Shown piece after piece: positions 11,898 to 21,845 of a stretch of 29,494 nucleotides of DNA (positions within the stretch are counted from its first letter, which is position 1; the number at the start of each line of letters is the position of its first letter). Source of the DNA: Macrostomum lignano (taxonomy: Eukaryota). The stretch is taken from contig NIVC01001244.1 in assembly GCA_002269645.1 (NCBI GenBank), positions 1 to 29,494 on the forward strand, read 5' to 3'. The notes beneath the pieces are model-generated. The model saw only the letters and a program-made list of their open reading frames with translations, ran no database searches and was not told where the DNA came from. The translations under genes and the position numbers were made by a program.

Positions 11898-12565
11898 TCA
11901 TTTCGGTGTATTAGCAGAAAGCTTTCCGAGATCCCAATAACGCCTGGCGTCCGCCTCCAACCAGGCTCGCTTCTCGTTGACGACATCTGAAATTAATAAA
12001 AAAAACAGATGCAAAATATAGCTACAGTTGATTTTGCAAAAGTCTGGATGTACCAGCTCGTATTTAAAGTAAAATATCATCTCATTTTCATCAGACCCAA
12101 GCTGGCAATTGCAAAGCCTCGCTGGCGCCCCTGCATGGTGCTGGCGCCCCTGCATGGTGCTGGCGCGCCGACTCGCGTAATGGATGTGGTGCGGAAGAGC
12201 CCCCCTCGAATGAAAAAAAGCAACATTAATTACCCTCGGCAGATGGCAGGCCACCCTTGACCTCCGTCTCGGTTGGGCGCAGCGGTTTATTCAGGTGCAC
12301 GTCGCGAGTTTTCAACTCCTGGCCCATGAACACCTTGGCCTGCAGGCTTCGTCTGTCAAGATCGTCCCTCTGTTCGCATCTGGACAATAATTGAGACTGG
12401 ATAGCGTCGAGGCGACTCTTAGCGAATGGGGCTTCGAATGCCTGCAGCACTTCCGCATAGTGCTGCTGACTGATTGGCAGCTGCTGTTCGCGTCTCGCCC
12501 GAGGTGCATACTTTTGCGGCTGCGTGTGACGCAATTCTTTTGGCAAGTTTTCCGTCATTATAGGC
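11898..12565 (-). CDS. Uncharacterised spliced gene. Exons 12565-12234 and 11986-11898; 137 aa from the ATG at 12558; possible upstream exon 14184-13805
   Basis: The phase-1 donor GAG G|GTAATT and acceptor TTTCAG|AT join MTENLPKELRH..GGLPSAE to DVVNEKRAWLEADARRYWDLGKLSANTPK* in frame. There is an upstream acceptor TTTTAAG at 12572-12566. Confidence 0.68.
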
Positions 12566-13148
12566 CTTAAAACTATAAGACTATAATCCAACAGCTAAAA
12601 GTTCAACACGAGAAAGAAACTGAGATGGAATGCATGCAGAATAAGCAGTGGAATATGGGGAGTTAAAAATGAGAGGATAGAAAGGACATGACTTCCTCTC
12701 TCTTGCAGTCTCCGTTGGCAACAGGTTGTTGGAGTGCGTACAGGTGAATTACAGGATTGAGGGAATGAGCTAGCTAGGGCCAGCAACTGCAGAGGGGTGG
12801 AAAGGACTGGTTTATTCAGTGTACAGTTTCAAGTGCACATGCGCAGAATGTAGCTAATGCAGCCATCTGCATTTTGTTGCTGAATTGCTGAATTAGTTAT
12901 ACCGATTCAAGGCCTAATTTACATGCATGCGCATGTTCTCCAGGCTCCGGTTTTACCTGTATGAAATTTATTCTCGACTTATAATCGCCTCTCATAAGCT
13001 TACACTTTTAGAACCTGATTGGAGTTTCGCCTGCTTAAAACTGTCGATGCAGAATGCAGTATCTGGGCCTCGAAATAATTGCCTATAATATAATGTATAT
13101 TATATTACGAGGCTACGCCGAAAAATTCTTCGTGAACCATATGTCTCT

Positions 13149-13727
13149 GTCATGCCTGTCTTTCTGTCTGCCTGCCTGTCTTTCTGTCTGCCTGCCTGTC
13201 TTTCTGTCTGCCTGCCTGTCTTTCTGTCTGCCTGCCTGTCTTTCTGTCTGCCTGCCTGTCTTTCTGTCTGCCTGCCTGTCTTTCTGTCTGCCTGCCTGTC
13301 TTTCTGTCTGCCTGCCTGTCTTTCTGTCTGCCTGCCTGTCTTTCTGTCTGCCTGCCTGTCTTTCTGTCTGCCTGCCTGTCTTTCTGTCTGCCTGCCTGTC
13401 TTTCTGCTGTCTGTCTGCCTGCCTGTCTTTCTGCTGTCTGTCTGCCTGCCTGTCTTTCTGTCTGTCTGTCTGCCTGCCTGTCTTTCTGTCTGTCTGTCTG
13501 CCTGCCTGTCTTTCTGCTGTCTGTCTGCCTGCCTGGCTTTCTGCCGGTCTGTCTGTCTGTCTGTTTGCCTGCCTGTCTTTCTGTCTATCTGCCTGCCTGT
13601 CTGTCTGTCTGTCTGTCTGTCTGTCTGCCTGTCTTTCTACCTGCCTTCCTGTCTTTCTGTCTGTCTGTCTTTCTGTCTGTCGTCTGTCTGTCTTTCTGTC
13701 TGACTGTCTGTCTGTCTGCCTGTCTGC
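13149..13727. repeat. Compound tetranucleotide microsatellite (CTGT/CTGC/CTTT) with a 20-bp higher-order unit TTTCTGTCTGCCTGCCTGTC
   Basis: Perfect 20-bp period over 13161-13400, decaying to (CTGT)n on the right. Confidence 0.97.
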
Positions 13728-13804
13728 ATACGTTCGACACCAAAGCACTAAACTATTTACAGCTGAACTGAGTTGTTGATCCTTATTTACACGTCCAGAA
13801 ATAC

Positions 13805-14184
13805 GTTAAGGTGACTCGCCCACGAACTTCCTCTGCAGGGTCAGCTGTGATCTGATCGAGAACCCACCTCGGGTGTTTAAATGGCTGTTTTAATCTCCTT
13901 TCTCTAACATTACCGCGATGGTCTATCATTAATTCCATCTTCGGCGTTAGAATTTGAAAACCTTCATAACTTGCAGATGATATAAGCGCAGGATCGGGTC
14001 CTCCTTGACCAATCGATTTAGCTGAAGTCGACGTGAGTCGATCATAATCCAAGATGAGCGTTGAGATGGCAACATGGACAGCTGGAGTAGAATCGGATGC
14101 GCTACACTCAATTTTCCTAGAAATGAACTGGAGGTCGGTAATTGGAACATATATTCGTTGTATCGCCAGTGCATTCAACAGATT
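13805..14184 (-). CDS. Candidate upstream exon of the 11898-12565 gene (unknown product)
   Basis: Open frame (ORF 13783-14178). A phase-2 donor AC|GTATTT at 13804 is compatible with the phase-2 acceptor at 12565. The donor is only moderately canonical. Confidence 0.35.
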
Positions 14185-14254
14185 CTATATTACCTAGATG
14201 CACACAGTAAATTCTGTGTCTAGTTATGTATCACTACTGAGCCAGCATTCGATA

Positions 14255-15152
14255 ATGTATTTAGCGGCCGTCTCTGAAGGCCGGCCGCTTTTCGCGCTGC
14301 TGCATGGAGTGACACATTTTAGGTAGCTCGTAATATGGAATCCGTGGTGCATTTATTACATTTATGCTCTGGAGAAATCGGATTTTTCGAGTGATTTTTC
14401 TCGACCGAATCTGCAGTCTATGGCAAAACCCCACTCAGCGAGCTATAATAATGGAAAGATAGTGCACGGCTTGCAAGTGCAACAACTCGTGGTCCTAGGC
14501 GTTGTTGAATTTGCAAGCCGTGCTTCTATCACATTATCATATAGACTAGCCAACAGTGGCTATTCATTTTTGTCTATGGCAATTTGCAAAGAACAGGGTT
14601 GAGGGAGGCAAGGAATATCTTTCTCTCCACTACAGCGCGATATTTGTTCGTCTCAGTGTGCGTTCATTTGAAAACATGATTCATCTGTCTCAATTCCCGG
14701 ACAATTGCATAACCGGCTTGACTACGGCGGAAATCGAGAAGCATGTAGAGCTCATGGACAGAAATTCGTTGATCGAGCAGACGATGTTCGATGATGAGCC
14801 GCTCCTACCTACTCTTCGTTAGCTACTTAACAAATGGCAAGCGCAAGGCGAGCGAACTGGGCAAGATGTCCGACGTGTTGTCAGCATCGCTGTATGGAGC
14901 CAGTTCGTCTTATGCGACCAACGATAAGTCTGTGGCTATATCGTCGGACCATCTGGCGATATGGATTCGGCGGGGGATGCTACGTCTATCTCCGAGGTCC
15001 CAAAGCGGGTGGCAAGTGTTGGAATGACGACGTCAGTCCAAAATGTCAAGGTTGACGTTCAAGCAGCTTCGGCCGATACTGTTCGACCGAAGCTACATAT
15101 TCATCTGAGTGGTAGTTTCAGCAATTGCAACTTCAAATTCGGTGATCAGTGA
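14255..15152 (+). other. Possible frame-broken gene or transposon relic (exon 14255-14322 plus 14636-15152)
   Basis: A phase-compatible donor (14323) and acceptor (14635) flank protein-like ORF pieces in three successive frames, ending HLSGSFSNCNFKFGDQ*. Confidence 0.25.
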
Positions 15153-15883
15153 GTACTGATGAGTACTGAGTGAGTTACTGAGTTTTCGAGTTACTACTAG
15201 AGCACTGACTACTAGACAAAGAGCTCGTTAAAAATGTTCAACTATTTGCTACAATGCTACGTTTGCTTTTCGTAAAATATAAAGTTTGTGTTGTTGCATT
15301 ATTGCACACTGAAAGCCGCGCCAGCGTGCATTTTTGGCGCATTATTGCACCCTGATTGTCAATTGTCTATGGTAAAATCTCCATTATTTTGACTCGCTTG
15401 TTGGCTAGACTTGTTGGCTCACTTGTTGGTTGAGGTGAAAGCTTCGTAAAATTGGGAAAAGCATCTCTGCCATGTTTTTTATCGATTAACAACTCATTAT
15501 TCATGATTGTTATATACTTTACCACTGCTTTGTACAATTGGCCAGTTGCAGTATATGAGATGGGAATGTGGACGAGCATTCGAGATACAAATTCATGGTA
15601 AAATAAAATTAGAAAAGACATTTACGAGCGCAATATACTACTTGTCATGACTTTTCACTCTAATAAAACACGTTGTGGGTATTAGTCGACTCATTACCCG
15701 CTAATCTGGGTGCTAATTTTGTTAATTAAGCCACTGGCTCTGTTGGGGCAGGTTGGTGGGCCTGTTGGTTTTAAAATGCTTTAATAAGAATTCAAGAATT
15801 GGAAATAATGCGTGAGAAGCGGTATACTACTCGTTAACAAATCAATGCATGCAGCTATATGTCCACATCTCATTTGGCAAACT

Positions 15884-17092
15884 GGGGGGGGGGTTTCACT
15901 AGGCCGAAATTTCACTTTGCCGAAAGCATCTTCCTTCACAAAGCCGAAACTTCATTAGGCCGAAACTTCACTTTGCCGAAAAATCATTTAGCATAGTTTT
16001 TCTCTAGGCTGAAACTTCACTAGGCCGAAAATTCACTTTGCCGAAATGACTAGCATGCTCTTTCATAAGGCCGAAACTTCACTAGGCCGAAACTTCACAT
16101 TGCCGAAAAATCATTTTAGCAGCCTCTTTCACTAGGCCGAAACTTTACTTTGCCGAAAAAAACATTTTCACTAGGCCGAAACTAACATGATAACATTAAA
16201 CTGAATCGTTAATCATTAATAATTATTATCATTATATTATTATTTTTATTGAATAATATTTAATCATTATTATTTATCATTAATCATTAAACAGACCTTA
16301 GAGATCTAGAACTAGAACCTGCTAGATCTACGAGGATCCTTGCACAGACCAATAACAGACAACAGACCAGGCCTGCATAGGGCCAAAGAATTAGAGACTA
16401 AGAGCCATGCATATTCTATGAATCGGAATCTAGGCAAATCTGCATACTTTCAAAGGAGCCTTAAAACAACATACGAGCACTCTACAACTTAAAAGTCCAT
16501 CCGACTGAGATAGAAAATGCAATGAAAATAATAAGCAATCAAAGTTTACTCCAAATGAAGTCAGGAATGTCAAAAATATTCCATACAAAAAACTGAGTGA
16601 CCATATCGTGCTCCCATTTTAGTAGCAGTAACTCGATCTTAGATCAAAATAAAGAAACTGGTGCAGAGAAATCGTCACTGCTTGCTTGCGGTTCCATTTT
16701 GAACGCTTAAGTTCACATCCCCTTTCGACCATAGTAAGGATGCTGCTAAAATGATTTTTCGACAAAGTGAAGTTCCGGCCTTATGAAAGAGCGTGCTATT
16801 CATTTCGGCAAAGTGAAGTTTCGGCCTAGTGAAGTTTCGGCCTAGTGAAAGAGGCTGCCAAAATGATTTTTCGGCAAAGTGAAGTTTCGGCCTAGTGAAA
16901 GAGGCTGCTAAAATGATTTTTCGGCAAAGTGAAGTTTCGGCCTAGTGAATTTTCGGCCTAATGAAGTTTCGGCCTTATGAAAGAGCGTGCTAGTCATTTC
17001 GGCAAAGTGAAGTTTCGGCCTAGTGAAGTTTCGGCCTAGTGAAAGAGGCTGCTTTTCGGCGAAGTGAAATTTCGGCCTAATGAAAGCGCCTC
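15884..17092. mobile_element. Non-autonomous foldback-type DNA transposon with long, internally repetitive inverted arms
   Basis: The left arm (~15894-16180) is built from TAGGCCGAAACTTCACT and TTGCCGAAA subunits, and the right arm (~16750-17085) is its reverse complement. An AT-rich spacer lies between them. The direct repeat GGCAAACT flanks the element at 15876-15883 and 17093-17100. Confidence 0.85.
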
Positions 17093-18814
17093 GGCAAACT
17101 ATTTAATTTTCAAAGTCTTTTAAGAGTTACCTGCAATTCACGTAGACTATGTAAAACCAATTCTTTTATATGCACACGGTAAGAACAGAGCGGTATGTAA
17201 CCCGGTATTTAAAAATTTTCGCAGTTATCAGACGTTAATAGCAATATATTGCTCTATTTAGCGATAGCTATAGGGTGCAAATAGCTATAACCATAATTGC
17301 CATAAACTTATCGAGCCTATTAAAATGCAAAGGGTACTCCGGCTTAATGAGCCTCCAAGAATGTTCCCTGCACCCACTGGTTGCAATTAACTACAGTTGC
17401 GCACACAATTAAGTTCAATAGCCATTGGGGACAACAAACAAGCCGTGAGAAACGGTCTGCTCACTTTTAGAAAGAAAAAAATACATCACGAGATTCAAAT
17501 AGTTATACGCTTGTAGCAGCCGGCCATTTTAGCTTAGCCTATTATAGCTAGAGTTTTGAACGGACCTCGCCCACAAAACGAATTACAGGGCAGACGGGTG
17601 GGCAGCAATTCAAAGCAGTTTCTTAATCTCAAGCCTAGCTAGGCTGTTTTAAATCTTCTATATTGCAATAGTTTTCTTGCTGTCCTGCCTGAATTCAACA
17701 ACTGTGTCTGCTCGTGTTCAAGAGCTACTCAATTTTTGTCTGCAGAACTGCATATATCTTAGCTAGCATTCAGCTTTAGCTAGAGACCTGCGTGGCTCAG
17801 AGTAGATTGCCAACCGAGTAACTGGACGTAGAATTTTCGAATCGATTTTTCAAATTATTACCTACCTATATGTAGAAGGCTTATCAGGCGAACGAGCTCG
17901 AAAAAAGGATCAAGGATTTTCTCTTATCGGATGGCACCTGCCAGGAAAGCAGCAATCGTTGAGAGTCCAACAGTTGGACCACCGCTCTACTTTAGCGTAA
18001 TTTATGCAGGTGAGACACTGATAATAATAGCCCTCCTGGATCTTAATTTGTTTTCATGTTAATTCAACCCAATTCATTGCATTATCGCTTTCGCAAATAT
18101 AACGTGCAGACAATCAGACTGCTATGTTTAACATTGCCTGTCAGAAGGAGCACCTAGTCAGTGCTATCAGGCGACGATGCAGGATTGAACGAAAGGGTAA
18201 GTAAATGGTGTACATGTACATGCGGGTAAAATACACTTTAATATCTCTGACAGCACCTCTTTTATAGTTTCGACACTACATAAGAGCCGTATCTTCGACA
18301 CTTCAAGCTGAACCCTAACGCTAACAGCAGAGATACAAAATTCGGGGATATTTATAGTCCGTTGCTTAGCTTGTCGGAGATATGACATGTCGGAGATGTG
18401 AAGTTTCGTTATTGTACAGTTACATTAGTAGCAATAGTTCAAATTGAAAACGATCCGTGAGCAAGCGAAAATTTTTGAAGCGAGCTGCAAACGCCAAAGG
18501 TCGAATATCGCAATTACAAGCGTATCGGTAAAAATTTTTCCGACCTCTGGTTTAAAGTTTTAGCGAGTGTTCTAAAAATCCCGCGGCCATTTTTGCTTGT
18601 TTAAAGTCAAGGTAACAAAATATCGTACTTCAAGCACCACTGCTGGCAAAGCCTTTTTCAACTTTTCAACCTTTGAAAATTTTATATTACGACCGTAACA
18701 CACAGGACACAGGTTCGCAGTGAATACTACTGACTAAGTAGTAAAAATCCTCTGCTTTTAACTTTTTCGCTTACCGAGTGAAAATTTCAACTGCAATTCA
18801 AAGTAGTCTTAAAC

Positions 18815-18885
18815 CAGGGGTCGACAAACTTTTTTTTACATCGGAGGGTCAGATAGAGAATCTAGCGCATTACTGCGGGCCAGAG
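18815..18885 (+). mobile_element. Solo hAT-like terminal fragment (CAGGGGTCGACAAACTTTTT..GAGGGTCAGAT)
   Basis: Resembles the CAGGGGT..CAAACTTTTT ends of hAT/Charlie-type MITEs. No matching right end was seen. Confidence 0.4.
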
Positions 18886-19044
18886 GAGGGGAGAGAGGAG
18901 AGGGAATAAAGGAAAAGAGAGGAGAGAAGACAGAGTACCAAAGAGATCTGAGAGGAAACACAGGCTTGCTACGAGCCGGATAGATCTATGTTTTAGCCAA
19001 TGATTTGTATTTGAGCACAAGCGCAAGCACAAGCAACAATCTAG

Positions 19045-19380
19045 ATAAAGAATCCGAACAAGCAGCAACCATACGCAAAATACACTGCAGCCAGCAAGTA
19101 CCCCGGAGTCGAGTCTCGGCTAGTGCCAATGATCAGTGACCTTCAAAGCTATCCGGCTTTGAGAGATTTGGCCGACTCAATCAACAAGCAGGTGTCGGAT
19201 CGGGAGGCGAAAATCGAGCAGAGGCAGCAAGCGGCGATGAAACGAGCGTCAAGGTACACCAGCGCACAGAAGCAGGGCGCAGACGGTTCAGAGCAGGCTG
19301 CATCGTCTGTCGGCTTGACCAAAGGCCGAATGGCCATCAAACGTATTATGATAATCAACAAGATGACTAAGCGGTCCTGA
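19045..19380 (+). other. Orphan GC-rich ORF or exon-like segment (IKNPNKQQ..SKYPGVESRLVPMISDLQSYPALRDLADSINKQ..)
   Basis: Open frame with helical, protein-like composition and possible acceptors at 19044 and 19090. No partner exons were identified. Confidence 0.3.
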
Positions 19381-19779
19381 GGACGGTTTTTATGACCGAA
19401 GTTGATCTTCACTTAGCCTATATTCTGTCAAGGACCAATGTAGTATAGCAATTGATGCATATAAAAATTTTATTACAAATATACTTTATTTAAAAACGAA
19501 CAAAACTTTCGCTTGTGAGTACGAGTATTTACAACTTGGGCTTCAGTTTTTTAAAATGATGAAAATTTATCTTTAACTGCACAACTACATAAAATACAAC
19601 AGTCACGAATCACGAATCACTACCCCAGATCAAATGCAATCATTGATTTTGTGATGAAAAAGATTTTTCCTGACTCTGCAGTGTATTTCCTTCCAAGAAA
19701 TTGACCTTCTAAAGATTACACGATCTTCGAGTTTTGTGTCCTGTTATACGAGAACTACAATAGTCCTTGTATTTTGCCT

Positions 19780-21180
19780 GTCAGCCTCCATGTGTCTCTT
19801 GTCTGTCACTCTCTTGCAATGTATATTTTGTCTTTTCACTCTCTTGTATCTTTTGTCTGTCACTCTCTTGTATCATTTGTCTGTCACTCTCTTGGATCTT
19901 TCGTATGTCACTCTCTTGTATCATTTGTCTGTCACTCTCTTGTATCTGTTGTCTGTCACTCTCTTGTATCTTTTGTCTGTCACTCTCTTGTATCTGTTGT
20001 CTGTCACTCTCTTGTATCTTTTGTCTGTCACTCTCTTGTATCTGTTGTCTGTCACTCTCTTGTATCTTTTGTCTGTCACTCTCTTGTATCATTTGTCTGT
20101 TACTCTCTTGTATCTTTTGTCTGTCACTCTCTTGTATCTTTTGTCTGTCACTCTCTTGGATCTTTTGTCTGTCACTCTTTAGTGTCTTTTGTCGGTCACT
20201 CTCTCGTGTCTTTTGTAAGTCACTCTCTTGTATCTTTTGTCTGTCACACTCTTCAGTGTCTTTTGTCGGTCACTCTCTCGCGTATTTTGCCTGTCACTCT
20301 CTTGTGCCATCTGTCACTCTTTTGTATCTTTTGTCTGTCACTCTCTTGTATCATTTGTCTGTTACTCTCTTGTTTTTTTCGTCTGTCACTCTCTTGGATC
20401 TTTTGTCTGTCACTCTTCAGTGTCTTTTGTCGGTCACTCTCTCGTGTCTTTTGTCTGTCACTCTCCAGTGTCTTTTGCCTGTCACTCTCGTGTCTTGTCT
20501 GACACTCTCTTGTATATTTTGTCGGTCACTCTCTCGTGTCTTTTGCCTGTCAATCTCTTGTATATTTTGTCTGCTACTCTCTCGCATTTGTCTGTCACTC
20601 TCATGGATCTATTGTCTGTCACTCTCTTGGATCTTTTGTCTGTCACTCTCTTGGATCTTTTGTCTGTCACTCTTTAGTGTCTTTTGTCTGTCACTCTTTA
20701 GTGTCTTTTGCCTGTCACTCTCTTGTGCCATGTCTGTCAATCTTTGGTATCTTTTGTCTGTCACTCTCTTGTATAATTTGTCTGTTAATCTCTTGTTTTT
20801 TTCGTCTGTCACTCTCTTGGATCTTTTGTCTGTCACTCTTCAGTGTCTTTCGCCTGTCACTCTCGTGTCTTGTCTGACACTCTCTTGTATATTTTGTCTG
20901 TCACTCTCTCGTGTCTTTTGCCTGTCAATCTCTTGTATATTTTGTCTGCTACTTTCTCGCATTTGTCTGTCACTCTCTTGTATATTTTGTCTGTCACTCT
21001 CTCGTGTCTCTCGTGTCTTTTGCCTGTCAATCTCTTGTATATTTTGTCTGCTACTCTCTCGCATTTGTCTGTCAGTCTCTTGGATATTTTGGCTGTCACT
21101 CTTCAGTGTCTTCTGTCGGTCACTCTCCCGTGTCTTGTCTGCTACTCTCTTGTATCTGTCTGTCCACCTCTCGTGTCTTT
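19780..21180. repeat. Intergenic minisatellite, 24-bp unit CTGTCACTCTCTTGTATCTTTTGT, degenerating rightward
   Basis: Produces the (LSVTLLYL)n and (QKIQESDR)n pseudo-ORFs. Confidence 0.96.
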
Positions 21181-21845
21181 TGTAAATTTTTATAGACAAT
21201 ACCAAATATAAATATTTAAAGTTATGATTCTAAAAATCTTTATTAAGAAAAATTTACAAAGATAAATCGACACAAAGAAGCTTATAGAATTTTAGCTGAC
21301 AATGGCAGTTGAATAAATTTCTGTTTGTATTTAAAAATATATTTTTTTCGGTAGCTTTAGAAGAAAAGATTTTAACAGTGCTTTTTAAGTAAGGATACGC
21401 GCAATTGATCCGGGAAACTATGAGAAAGACAAAATAATGAAGTTATTTTTAGTTTTTAATCATTATTATAGACAAGATACTTTACAAAACACGACAGTTG
21501 CTACTAATATTACTATCCTGTGGTTGCAATCATTGCAACATCTGAATAAAAAGACGAACATGACATAGAAACAGTATGCAAAAAATTAGGGACAATATAA
21601 TATAGGCCCATTGTGTAACTGAACAAGTTCGTTTTAAACTCAGATAAAGGGTCTCGCTTGGATTAAAGGAATAAAGTTATTATCAGGAGTAACTGAATAA
21701 TCAATATAGGAATGACTGAACGATACTTAGCAATTTCGGTCATACAGCCTTACCAAAATCAATATAGACCACGCACATGTACTCATTATTGTCGATTGAT
21801 AAATCTGGTAGGTCAATCTAAAATCGAAAGGTTAAAAATTATTAT

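Noticed and set aside
12121-12168. 19-bp duplication GCTGGCGCCCCTGCATGGT (~2.4 copies)
   Set aside because: It is a short local intronic duplication with no evidence of function.
13054-13779. Cys/Leu-rich and RQTD-rich ORFs
   Set aside because: They are translations of a tetranucleotide microsatellite.
15367-15621. 84-aa minus-strand ORF
   Set aside because: It is AT-rich with no recognisable motif and no splice partner.
17173-18780. Possible element bounded by CACACGGTAAG and CTTACCGAGTG
   Set aside because: The inverted match is only 11 bp with one mismatch, the flanks (ATATG vs AAAAT) give no TSD, and no transposase ORF was seen.
19736-21211. Multiple long Cys/Leu/Ser-rich ORFs resembling membrane proteins
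   Set aside because: They are translations of the 24-bp minisatellite in several frames.
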